Source: a bacterium (lineage in GTDB: Bacteria > UBA8248 > JACPRG01 > G963555815). Taken from it: a DNA stretch of 64,000 bases. Below, piece by piece: positions 1 to 9,477 of this stretch; position 1 is the stretch's first letter; every line of letters begins with the position of its first letter. Where the stretch lies: contig CBDHDG010000007.1 in the NCBI GenBank assembly GCA_965261595.1, forward strand, positions 800,001 through 864,000, given 5' to 3'. The notes under the pieces are model-generated. The model worked only from the letters and a program-made list of their open reading frames with translations. It ran no database searches and was not told the DNA's origin. Position numbers and translations under genes: made by a program.

Positions 1-1
1 C

Positions 2-100
2 GGCAAGTTCATCTGCCGGGCCCGACGCCCCAATTGCGACGCGTGCCCGCTTGTGAAAGACTGTGTTTATCCGGAAAAGAATTTCTCTGAGGCGAGGTAA
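2..100 (+). CDS. nth: Endonuclease III, C-terminal end (partial at window edge)
   Basis: Frame 2 reads GKFICRARRPNCDACPLVKDCVYPEKNFSEAR*, the C-x6-C-x2-C-x5-C [4Fe-4S] motif that ends EndoIII proteins. Confidence 0.75.
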   Translation, partial: GKFICRARRPNCDACPLVKDCVYPEKNFSEAR

Positions 101-111
101 AGGCAAAGTCC

Positions 112-405
112 CAGGGGGGCGCTTTTTGAAAACCGCCCCCCCTGGAACCCCCCCGGAAAACTTCTTGCGGCCAAGCCTTGGGCTTGGCCTTACTGGGCTG
201 GGTGTTGGATTGGCTGAACAGTCTGTCTGTGACCTATCGTGGCTTCTCGCTTTGTCCGGATGCCCGTCTGCCTGCGCCAGCCGCAGCATCCGGCCAATAG
301 GCCAGTTTTTTGCGATAGCGTGCCGCCCGAAGGGCGGCACGCTATCGCAAAACGAAAGTTTTCGAGGGGGGAATTGGGGGGACAGTTTTCAAAATGTCCC
401 CCCAA
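112..405. repeat. Intergenic palindromic/MITE-like element
   Basis: GGGGG..TTTTTGAAAA..CCCCC unit at the left end and an inverted TTTTCAAAA unit at the right end; internal perfect 21-bp hairpin (308-328/332-352); left part recurs at about 33915-33990. Confidence 0.6.
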
Positions 406-425
406 GATCTTAATGGTTTTGATCT

Positions 426-1622
426 GTGAATAATACAGAGAAGCCTCGGAAAGGTCAGATCGCCCTGGTGAGCGCGGGTCATTTGATCAACGACACGTAC
501 ATGGGTTTCATCGCCGTCCTCTTGCCGTTCTTCGTCACCCGGTGGGAGATTTCCCTGACCGAAGCGGGCGTCCTGGTGACCGCGTTTCTTTCAGCCTCGT
601 ATTTCGGCCAGCCGGTGTTCGGATGGTTTTCCGACCGGTTGGGCGGAAGGCTCCTCCTGGCCGGCGGGCCGCTTATGTGCGCCTGCTTCATCGGAACGCT
701 GGGGGTGCTTCCGTCGTACGGGTGGGCGGTTCCGTGGGTGATCATCGCGGGCGTTGGCGCGGCGGCCTTCCACCCCCCCGCGGCCGGTGTCGCTCACTGG
801 GCCGGCGGCAATCGGCGCGCCTTGGGAATGTCGATCTTCCTCATGCCGGGGTTCCTCGGCGTCGCCTTGGGTCCGATTGAGATTCTGGCTGTCGTCACGC
901 GCTTTGGATTGAAATTCTCCGGCCTCACCGTGATCCCCGGGGTTGTCGCTTCCTTCCTGCTGTTCAAGTACGCCGATCTCGGGGCGGCGCTGAAAACGAT
1001 GGAGAACCGCCCATCTCAATTTTCCGATCTCGCCGGCGCCCGGGGAACGTTGTCGGGGCTATGGGCGATTGTCGTTTTGAGAAACTTCACCTACGCGGCT
1101 TTCTCAAGCTTTCTCCCATTGATGTTGCAACAGCGCGGCCTGTCGGTGTGGGCGGGCGGGACGGTCCTTTCGGCCTTTCTGGCCACGGGCGCGGTGGGGG
1201 GCGTCCTGGGGGGCTATCTCTCCGACCGCTTCGACCGGAGGGCCATCATTGCCCTGACCATGGTCGCGGCCACGGTCCTGCTGGGTCTCTTCCTTGGAGC
1301 GCGCGGCCCGTCGGGGATGGTTTTTCTGATTTTCGGCGGTTTCTTTTTGATGATGTCGGGTCCCATCAACGTGGTGATATCCCAGGAGATGTTCCCGGAA
1401 CATGCCGGTTTGATGGCCAGCTTGATGATGGGTTTCGCGTATGGGGTGGGAAGCGTTGGGATCGTTGTCGTCGGGGCGGTGGCGGACAGGCTCGGCATTC
1501 CGGCGACGCTGTCCGGGGCGGTTGCGGTCCCCCTCATCGCCGCGTGGCTGGGAAGCCGATTGCCGAGAGGCGCCGCCCGGCCGAAAAGATCCATGTCGGC
1601 GGCCCACCCTTTGAGTCCGTGA
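426..1622 (+). CDS. MFS transporter (Fsr/fosmidomycin-resistance-like)
   Basis: 398 aa, about 12 hydrophobic segments, GHLIND, GWFSDRLGGR and AAFHP motifs. Confidence 0.85.
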   Translation: MNNTEKPRKGQIALVSAGHLINDTYMGFIAVLLPFFVTRWEISLTEAGVLVTAFLSASYFGQPVFGWFSDRLGGRLLLAGGPLMCACFIGTLGVLPSYGWAVPWVIIAGVGAAAFHPPAAGVAHWAGGNRRALGMSIFLMPGFLGVALGPIEILAVVTRFGLKFSGLTVIPGVVASFLLFKYADLGAALKTMENRPSQFSDLAGARGTLSGLWAIVVLRNFTYAAFSSFLPLMLQQRGLSVWAGGTVLSAFLATGAVGGVLGGYLSDRFDRRAIIALTMVAATVLLGLFLGARGPSGMVFLIFGGFFLMMSGPINVVISQEMFPEHAGLMASLMMGFAYGVGSVGIVVVGAVADRLGIPATLSGAVAVPLIAAWLGSRLPRGAARPKRSMSAAHPLSP

Positions 1623-1692
1623 GGCGGCGGCCGTTTCGGATGGCGCGGTATGGCGTAGGAGACGGGACCCCGGGCGCCGGGGTCCGGAGGGT

Positions 1693-2967
1693 GTGTCGCG
1701 TCAAGATTCGCCGATTCTCAACGTTGATGGAGACGCTGTATTGAACGATGCCGGGAGGACGGATTCGGCGAAAGTCAAAAAAGGACAGGCGGCCGTTCTG
1801 GCGGCGGGCCACCTGATCAATGACACCTACGGGGGTTTCATCGCTCCCCTTCTCCCGTATTTCGTCGTGCGTTGGGGGCTCTCGCTGGCCGAGGCGGGCA
1901 TCTTGGTCACGGCGTTTTTCACGGTCGCGAATTTCGCCCAACTCTTTTTCGGCTGGTTGACGGACCGCCGCGGCGGCCGGTGGTTCCTGAGCGGCGGCGT
2001 CTTTGTGGCCGCGATATTCCTGGGCAGCCTGGGCGCGGCGCCCTCTTTCGGGTTGGCGATTCCCTGGGTCGTCATCGGCGCCGTCGGCGCGGCGGCCTTT
2101 CACCCTACGGCGGCGGGCTTGGCGAGACGCGCGGGGGGGAGTAGGGGGAGCCTTGTCACCTCGATCTTTCTCCAGTCCGGATTCCTGGGGATGGCTTTGG
2201 GGCCTTTGGAGATCCTGGCCGTCGTCGAGCGCTTCGGTCTGGAGTCCTCCTACCTGTCCGCCGCTCCCGGGGTCCTGATCGCCTGCCTTCTTTTCAAGTG
2301 CGCGGGCCGGCCGAAGGACGAGCCGAAGGCGCGGCGTGAAAGCCCGCCCACGCTCTCCGCGTTTGTCCGAACCTGGCCGTCGCTGTCCACCCTGTGGACG
2401 GTTGTGGTCCTGCGGTCGGTCACGAACAACGCCTTCGCGGGTTTTCTTCCCCTTCTGATGGTGGATCGGGGCGTTTCAAAGCTCATGGGCGTGACGGCCC
2501 TGACGGTCTATCTCGTCGCCGGCGCCGTCGGCGGGCTTGTCGGCGGTTATCTGGGCGACCGGGGAAATCGGCGGCGTCTCATTTGTATGAGCTTGTTCCT
2601 GGGCGTTGTCTTTTTGTGGGGATTCCTCCTCGCTCAGGGACTGCTTTCGCTGGCGTTGCTGGTGGTCGGCGGAGGGTTCCTCATGCTTTCCGGCCCCATC
2701 AACCTGGTAATGGCCCAGGAGCTGCACCCGGAGCGGACCGGTCTGGTGTCCAGCCTGATGATGGGCGGCGCCTACGGAACGGGCAGCCTGGTGCTGGTTG
2801 CGGTGGGGGCCGTCGCGGACCAGGTCGGCATGCACGCGACCCTGGCCGGTGTGACGGCGATCGGCCTCATCGCCTCGTCTTTGAGCCTCCGTCTGCCCAA
2901 GGAAAACGGTCCCCCCCGGCCGGTGTTTGCCGATGTGGAGAATCCGGGCCCCGGGCTGGAAAGCTGA
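1693..2967 (+). CDS. MFS transporter (Fsr-like), tandem paralogue; start may be TTG at 1741
   Basis: Same GHLINDTY, GWLTDRRGGR and AAFHP motifs as the upstream gene. Confidence 0.85.
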   Translation: MSRQDSPILNVDGDAVLNDAGRTDSAKVKKGQAAVLAAGHLINDTYGGFIAPLLPYFVVRWGLSLAEAGILVTAFFTVANFAQLFFGWLTDRRGGRWFLSGGVFVAAIFLGSLGAAPSFGLAIPWVVIGAVGAAAFHPTAAGLARRAGGSRGSLVTSIFLQSGFLGMALGPLEILAVVERFGLESSYLSAAPGVLIACLLFKCAGRPKDEPKARRESPPTLSAFVRTWPSLSTLWTVVVLRSVTNNAFAGFLPLLMVDRGVSKLMGVTALTVYLVAGAVGGLVGGYLGDRGNRRRLICMSLFLGVVFLWGFLLAQGLLSLALLVVGGGFLMLSGPINLVMAQELHPERTGLVSSLMMGGAYGTGSLVLVAVGAVADQVGMHATLAGVTAIGLIASSLSLRLPKENGPPRPVFADVENPGPGLES

Positions 2968-3240
2968 ATGATTCCTTGGCAGGGCGCTGAAAAACGCCCT
3001 CAATGGGTCATACGGGACGTTTTTTGGTCATTCGACGGCCTCTCTGTGTAGGGGGGAGCCCCTTTCCGCGGGCGCCCACGCGGGATGGCGCGATCCCCCA
3101 ATCATATTCAGCCGAAATCGCCCAAAACCCGCGATCCGCGATGTTGAAGCGGAGCGGTGGGGATTTGGTACTGGTTTTGCAACCGATACCCGTGGGGTTA
3201 GAAATGAGTTTTGTCCGATCCGTGATCGGAGAGAGACGAA

Positions 3241-4062
3241 ATGGAGCGAAGATTCATCGAGGGCCAAACGGTCGACCTCAGCATCCTCGGTAGCGAGGGC
3301 GCCTCGGCCCACACGACATCGGTGCTCGATGTCTCGGAAGAGGAGATTATCCTGCGGAGGCCGCCGACGCTGAATGGCGCCGACCAAGGAGGGGTTGTGG
3401 TGGAATTTCGCCCCGAAGGCGATCAGGCGCCGCCCGAGCGCGGTGAGATCGAATCCGTTTCCGACCCTCGGATTCTGAAGCTCCGACGTCTGGAACTGTC
3501 CGAAAGCGGCGCCCAAAGGAGAGAATTGCTGCGACAGGCGGATGAATTTCCGATTGAATTCCGATTCATCTCTTTCTCGGAGCACAGCAGCCGGAAGATT
3601 CACTTTGAATTGAATGCGCCGGCTTCCTCCGCCTCGAGGGTCGGCCCTTCCACACGATCCTCCGAAGAGATGAGCGAATCCGAATCCCTGATGCTCGGAT
3701 GTCTTCAGGAAATGAACCACAAGTTCGACCGGCTTGTCGAGCTCATGACCCGACGCGTGGAGAATGAGACCTTGATGGGCACGGGCATGATTTGCGACAT
3801 CAGCGGCTCCGGATTGCGGTTCCGGATGGACCGGCCCCCGGGGAAAGACTCCTATCTGGAAATTTGGATCGATTTCCCCGGACAGAGGGAAGGTCCGGTG
3901 GGGACGCTTGGAGAGATCAAGCGCGTTCAGAAAGACGCGAGCCCCGATGGAACTCCTTGTTGGATTCTGGCCGTTCACTTTACGGCGGTTGCGGAGTCCG
4001 ACCGGGACCGGATTGTGGCCTACGTCCTGAGACGGCAGCGGGCCGAGCTCAAAAGCCCGTAG
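3241..4062 (+). CDS. PilZ-domain c-di-GMP-binding protein (YcgR-like)
   Basis: QRRELLR (RxxxR) and DISGSG (DxSxxG) motifs; C-terminal DRDRIVAYV helix. Confidence 0.8.
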   Translation: MERRFIEGQTVDLSILGSEGASAHTTSVLDVSEEEIILRRPPTLNGADQGGVVVEFRPEGDQAPPERGEIESVSDPRILKLRRLELSESGAQRRELLRQADEFPIEFRFISFSEHSSRKIHFELNAPASSASRVGPSTRSSEEMSESESLMLGCLQEMNHKFDRLVELMTRRVENETLMGTGMICDISGSGLRFRMDRPPGKDSYLEIWIDFPGQREGPVGTLGEIKRVQKDASPDGTPCWILAVHFTAVAESDRDRIVAYVLRRQRAELKSP

Positions 4063-4355
4063 CCGATTGCGGTTGCTTCACCCGCCCGGCGTCCGCCGGA
4101 CGGACCCTCCACTCAATTCCGGGCAACGCTTCGAAATCCTTCGAGATCCCCCCCCTTCTCTCCCAAAAAATCGGCCAGTACGCGAATCCTTCTTCTTTCT
4201 GCTCCGTCTAAACCATGCAAGAGCGGAGTCTCCGGATTCCCGGGCGGCCGTGCAAGGGTCCGCTGATCTATTTTCGACTAATCTACTAGACCGTACTGCC
4301 GATAAGAAAGGATAGAAGAACCGAGGAAGCTGTTTTCTTTAGGGAGGTCCAGGCC

Positions 4356-5207
4356 ATGACTCGATTAGCCCTTTTGACAGCCATCACTTGGTTTCTGGTC
4401 GGATGCGCCGGTCTTCCGACCCCTCAGCCGCTCGCTCCCGCGGCATCCATCGCCGACATGCGCGACGGCCACTATGACAACAACACCTTCCTGGTCAGGC
4501 CGAGGAAAATGAGCCTGAACCGGGTGATTGAATCCCTCTACCGGGTTCGCACGTAGGTGGAGTTTCGGCTGAATGCAGATGGCCGGAGATTGAAAAAAAG
4601 CATGGAAGGCACGGCCGTCGCTTTGTTCGGGAAATACCTGTTGACGGTCGAGCACGTTGTTTCGATCGAACAACCCACCGCCTCCACACCGGTTGGCAGG
4701 GTCACCCTCGCCGCGACGAAGATCGGTGAGCGGACGTTTCTTGAATACCAGGGCAGGCGCTACCCGTTGGAGCGTCTGGTGGCCGATAAGGCCGTCGATG
4801 TGGCCCTCTTTCGGGTTCCTGCGGGCCTGAATTTGAAGTCCTTTCCCTATCGCATCGGAAATAGCGATGACCTGGAGGTGGGGAATTACATTTACCTGAT
4901 CGGCAATCCGATGAATTTCGGGATCAACGTCCGAGAGGGTGTCGTCAGCTCGCTGAACGCGCCCCGGGTGATCACCAAAGTGGATTCCATCGCCGCGAAC
5001 GCCTTCATGGTCTCCAACGGCCTGAACCCGGGGGACAGCGGAACCCCCGTCATCGCCATCCGCGACGGAAAATATGAATTGGTGGGGTTGTCCCAGGGTT
5101 CTTTTGTCCGGTCTCAGCGGCTCGGGTGGGTGATCCGGATCAACACCGTTCTCCAGCGTATCCGGTCTTCTTTGGGGGTGCAATTCGCCTCCTTGGGCAG
5201 CCCGTAA
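4356..5207 (+). pseudogene. Trypsin-like serine protease lipoprotein with in-frame TAG at 4554-4556
   Basis: Lipobox LVGC; same frame continues after TAG with triad motifs LTVEH, DVAL and NPGDSG. Confidence 0.75.
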
Positions 5208-5246
5208 ACCGGCGCTTTCCCGGCCCGCCGCCCCAACGGGGGTCCC

Positions 5247-5975
5247 TCACCGCACGTCGGGATAAAGCCGCTTCAGCTTCGCCGGGGAGATCCCGCACCG
5301 GTAACCCAGGGCGATGGCCCACATCACGAAAATCGTTCTCCACGGCCCCAGGCGCTCCCACCGCCGGGCCGAGGTGACGATGGGCGATTTCAGGAGCTTC
5401 ACGCGCCCCGTCTTCCGCATCCGCGAAATCAAATCCGCGTCTTCCAGGATCTCCATTTCCCGAAATCCGCCCAACGTCTCAAAAACCTCCCGCCGCACGA
5501 AGAGCGCCTGGTCTCCGTAGATCACCCCGAGCCACCGGACCCGCAGGTTGGACATGAAAGAGATCAGCCGGTAGAGAAAACCCCCTCGATCGAGGCCGTG
5601 GCGAAACGCGCCCCCCGAACAACTCGGGTCCGCCAGCGACTCGCGGATGAGCGAAATCGCGTCGGGGGGCAGACGGGTGTCGGCGTGAACGAAGAGAAGG
5701 ATGTTCCCGCGTGCGGCCCGGGCGCCGGCGTTCATCTGGACGGCCCGGCCGCGCGGCGCGGAGAGGACGCGGGCAAAAGGGCGCGCCCGCTCAGCGGTCG
5801 CGTCCCGGCTTCCCCCGTCCGCCACGATCACTTCGAATCGGCCGGCGTCCGGATGCGAGGAGAGGGCTTGAAGCGCTTCTTCAATGGTCGATTCCTCGTT
5901 CAGCGTCGGGATGATCACTGAAATTTCCGGTGGCGGGATCTCAGAGGGTCGGGCCATCCTGTCTCCCTTGGACAT
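5247..5975 (-). CDS. GT2 glycosyltransferase, TIGR04283-like
   Basis: ISVIIPTLNEE, DGGSRD, GRAVQMNAGA, FVHADT, YGDQALF and TSARRW motifs. Confidence 0.85.
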   Translation of the reverse strand: MSKGDRMARPSEIPPPEISVIIPTLNEESTIEEALQALSSHPDAGRFEVIVADGGSRDATAERARPFARVLSAPRGRAVQMNAGARAARGNILLFVHADTRLPPDAISLIRESLADPSCSGGAFRHGLDRGGFLYRLISFMSNLRVRWLGVIYGDQALFVRREVFETLGGFREMEILEDADLISRMRKTGRVKLLKSPIVTSARRWERLGPWRTIFVMWAIALGYRCGISPAKLKRLYPDVR

Positions 5976-5981
5976 GTCGGG

Positions 5982-6872
5982 TCAGGACCGTTTTCTCAAG
6001 AACTCCTTGAAGCGTTTGCAGATGGGTGTGGTGTACCGGGCTTTATGGCCGACCGTATAGATGTCCCGACCGAGGTTGACGCCTTCCAGAAGGATTTCCT
6101 TGAGCAGGCCGGCCTCCAGGTCGCTCCGGACGGCGAGGCGCGAAAGGATGCTGACCCCCATTCCCGCCTTCACGGCCTCCCGGATTCCCTCGTTGCTCCC
6201 GAGCTCGGCGGCGGTGGTCAACATCCCGGGCCCCAACTCAGTTGGGGCGAGCCGCTCCTCCAATGTTCTCCGGGTCCCCGACCCTTCTTCGCGATGGAGA
6301 AAGGGTTGTCCTTTGAGCTCGTGGACCGGGACGGAGGGCCGTCCGGCCCAGGGATGGTCGGGAGGGACCACGAGAATCAGCTCGTCTTTCGCGATGACCT
6401 CGTAGACCAGACGGCTCTCATTCAGCTTCGCGCCGACGATCCCCAGCTCCACCACGCCGTCCAACACCATCTGGGATATGATTTCGGAGTCTTCGATTTT
6501 CAGGGCGATTTGCGTCTCCGGGTGCGACTTCTTGAACTCGCCCAGGATGCGGGGGAGCAGGTAATCGCCCGGAATCGAGCTTGCCCCGAGCCGGAGCGCT
6601 CCACGGTCCGCCCCGGCGAACTCCCGCATGGCGTCCAGGGCCTCCTGTCTGAGGGCGATGATGCGCAGGGCGAAATCGTACAGGATCTTTCCCGCCTCCG
6701 TCAGGAGCACTTCCCGGCCGAGGCGGTCGAACACCCGGACGCCGAGCTCCTCCTCCAGGTTCTTGATGTGCCCGCTGGCGGTGGGTTGGGTGAGCGACAG
6801 CGACTCCGCCGCGCGGGAGAAGCTCTTGCAATCGGCGATTCTGCAAAACAACTCCATCTGGTGGATGTCCAC
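5982..6872 (-). CDS. LysR-family regulator (CysL/selenium-metabolism-associated type)
   Basis: N-terminal HTH SFSRAAESLSLTQPTASGHIKNLE; ASSIPGDYLLP and REEGSGTR motifs. Confidence 0.9.
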   Translation of the reverse strand: MDIHQMELFCRIADCKSFSRAAESLSLTQPTASGHIKNLEEELGVRVFDRLGREVLLTEAGKILYDFALRIIALRQEALDAMREFAGADRGALRLGASSIPGDYLLPRILGEFKKSHPETQIALKIEDSEIISQMVLDGVVELGIVGAKLNESRLVYEVIAKDELILVVPPDHPWAGRPSVPVHELKGQPFLHREEGSGTRRTLEERLAPTELGPGMLTTAAELGSNEGIREAVKAGMGVSILSRLAVRSDLEAGLLKEILLEGVNLGRDIYTVGHKARYTTPICKRFKEFLRKRS

Positions 6873-7043
6873 TCCGGCTCACTCCGCATGCGGCATCTGT
6901 ATAGGAAATTCCAATGGAAATTATAACACCCGCTGAATTTTCGGATGCGGATTCTGGCATGTCTTCCCGGCCCTATGGTAACTTTTCGGGGTCCGGCGCC
7001 CGATCGTAAAGGCGCCCCCATCACGGGGATTGGAGAACTCCTC

Positions 7044-7664
7044 ATGTCCTTGATCGATTTGACTCACCCCCTCAACAACGACCTGCCCGTTTATTGGCCC
7101 TGGCATCCGAAGACGGATCTTTCCCCGCATTCTTCGTACGAGGAAAATAAGTGTCTTGTCCAGAAGCTGACGGTGGGCACGCACTCGGGCACGCACATCG
7201 ACGCCCCTTCCCATTTCTTCCCCGGCGCGCGAAACATCGACGAGATGCCGCTGGATCTCTGGGTGTCGGAAGCCCAGGTGGTGGATTTCACCGGCAAGGG
7301 GGAGGGTGAGGAAATCACCCGGCCGGAGATGGAATCCCGAAGCGTGGAAAAGGGGATGGGGGTCATCGTTCGCACGGGATGGGCCTCCCGCCACGGACGC
7401 GAGGACTTCTACCGGACGTATCCGCCCGTTTCGGAAGGGGCGGGGAGATACCTCATCGAGCGCGAGATCCCCTACCTGGCGGCGGATACGCCTTTCAACT
7501 GGGCGGTCCACGAGATGTTTCTCTCGGCGGGCAAGCCCCTCGTCACGAACCTGAACAACCTGGACCGCGTCACCCGGACCCGGGTCCGCCTGTATGCCTT
7601 CCCCCTCCTGCTCGAGGGCGCCGACGGATCGCCGGCGCGGGTCCTCGCCGAGCAGGCCGACTGA
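7044..7664 (+). CDS. Cyclase family protein (kynurenine formamidase-like)
   Basis: IDLTHPL, HSGTHIDAPSHF and GADGSPARV motifs; GGAG RBS before ATG 7044. Confidence 0.9.
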   Translation: MSLIDLTHPLNNDLPVYWPWHPKTDLSPHSSYEENKCLVQKLTVGTHSGTHIDAPSHFFPGARNIDEMPLDLWVSEAQVVDFTGKGEGEEITRPEMESRSVEKGMGVIVRTGWASRHGREDFYRTYPPVSEGAGRYLIEREIPYLAADTPFNWAVHEMFLSAGKPLVTNLNNLDRVTRTRVRLYAFPLLLEGADGSPARVLAEQAD

Positions 7665-7749
7665 GGGCCCCTCGGCCGCTTCCTTCGTTTGATCCTGCCC
7701 CGGGCGAATCCGCGGGCGGGGAGACGCCCCGCCGATTTCTCGTAGGCCG

Positions 7750-9477
7750 CTATTTCAGCCAGAAAATCATCCCCGCGTACGGGCTGGTGATGTACCGGTC
7801 GAGGCGGGCGAATTCTTTGTCGAACCGGCGGACGGCCTCCGCGTGCCGGAGGTCGCGCACCGGCCCCGGCTCTTTGGAATAAATCCGGGCGAGGCGGCTC
7901 TCCCCGTCATAGATGCTCCCCGCCAGGTGGTAGTGGTCCACGAGCTTTTGCAGGGCCTCCGACACCGGCCCCTCCTCGAGCAGGACGATGTGATCGACGG
8001 GCGGATCGGGCCGGATATTCTTAAACGCGAACAGGCGCTTGCGCCGGGGGTCTCCGCAGGAGCACAAGACCTTCCCGAAATAGAACTCGCCCAGGCGGGG
8101 GTCTTTGTTGACGTACACCCGCCCGCCGGGTTTGCCGAACTTGCGGATCCAGTATCCGGCCGACTTCATCGCGCGTTCATCGCGCGAAGGCCGGTGGGCG
8201 CCGCCGACCGCCCCCTGGCCTTCCGCGGGGTTGTACCAGGAGCCGTTCGGCGTCTTCAGGCTCAGGTTGACCGCGAGGGCGCCCGAAAACGCCTCGATGA
8301 GGACGAGGGCCGTCAGGGCCGCCGCGCCCCCCCGCAGCCATGCCTTCCGGGAAGACATCCCGCGGACCATCCAGTCGGCGGAGAGGAGAAACACGGGGAT
8401 TCCGCACGTCGCGATGAGGTGGACCTCCTGGACGAGAAAGATCCCGAGAAAGGGGAGTCCCAACAAGATGATCCACCAGACCATCAGTCCCCGGACCTCG
8501 AAGCGGAACAGGCGGCGGAAATTTTGGACGAACGCCGCGAGCGCGGCCAGGATGAGGACGTACCCGAACGCGCTGCCGAAGACGGTCAGATCGATCTCGG
8601 AGAAGTTCATCGGGCGCTTGTGGCCGAACGACCACGCCAGAAGCCCCACCAGCTCCCCTCGGCGGAGCGCCACGGCGAACAGGCCGAACTGAAGGAGAAT
8701 GACGATGAGCGGAAGCGCGCCCCACCAGATCAATGTCGTCTCGCGCTTGAACGCCAGAGCCCGCTTGAAGGTCCGGCCAACGGCCTCCCCCCGCTCGCGA
8801 AAACGCATCCAGCCACGGTAGGCGAGAAGGAGCATCGTGAAGGGGAAACCGTTGTTAGAGAGGACCTCCAGACAGAGCATCAGACTAAACAGGACCGCCC
8901 AGACCTTTCGGCGGGTGTCGAACAGTTTCTCCAACACCAGGAACATGAAAACCTGGTTGACGAAGATCCCCGCCATCGGGTGATTAATCCGGGATATCAC
9001 CCCGTGATAAGGGGCCACGGCCGCGAATGCCGCCGCCACAAGCGCCGTGGGCGCGTCGAACCAGCGCCTTCCGAGGAAGTAAAGCCCCACGATGGAAAGC
9101 GTCCCAGCCACCGCGTAGGGAAGGAAGAGGTAGAACTCCCGGAGGGGAATCCCGAGAAGGTTCAGGACCTCGAGATTGACGAACTGGATGAGCGGCGAGC
9201 TTGCCCCGTTGTAGTAAAGAAAGAGTTGGGCGAAGAAGTTCTCGATCCACGGTCCGCCGGGAAGAAAGTTTGATTGGGTCAGGCGGAACCCGGCCAGCAG
9301 GGGGTTCACCTCGTCGTGGTTGGAGTCCACGATCCGGCCCAGGCCGTAGAGCCGTATCCACACAGCGGCCCCCAGGACGGCGATCAGGAGCCACCCCGCG
9401 CGGCGGGTCAGGAACCGGATGCCGGCGCCCGCGTCCTCTTCTCCCCCTTCGGTCCCAAAGGCCCTTTCAGGCGGCAT
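7750..9477 (-). CDS. GT-C membrane glycosyltransferase (ArnT/PMT, GT39-like)
   Basis: First TM followed by NHDE acidic motif, many TMs, soluble C-terminus; start overlaps the stop of the upstream GT gene. Confidence 0.7.
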   Translation of the reverse strand: MPPERAFGTEGGEEDAGAGIRFLTRRAGWLLIAVLGAAVWIRLYGLGRIVDSNHDEVNPLLAGFRLTQSNFLPGGPWIENFFAQLFLYYNGASSPLIQFVNLEVLNLLGIPLREFYLFLPYAVAGTLSIVGLYFLGRRWFDAPTALVAAAFAAVAPYHGVISRINHPMAGIFVNQVFMFLVLEKLFDTRRKVWAVLFSLMLCLEVLSNNGFPFTMLLLAYRGWMRFRERGEAVGRTFKRALAFKRETTLIWWGALPLIVILLQFGLFAVALRRGELVGLLAWSFGHKRPMNFSEIDLTVFGSAFGYVLILAALAAFVQNFRRLFRFEVRGLMVWWIILLGLPFLGIFLVQEVHLIATCGIPVFLLSADWMVRGMSSRKAWLRGGAAALTALVLIEAFSGALAVNLSLKTPNGSWYNPAEGQGAVGGAHRPSRDERAMKSAGYWIRKFGKPGGRVYVNKDPRLGEFYFGKVLCSCGDPRRKRLFAFKNIRPDPPVDHIVLLEEGPVSEALQKLVDHYHLAGSIYDGESRLARIYSKEPGPVRDLRHAEAVRRFDKEFARLDRYITSPYAGMIFWLK

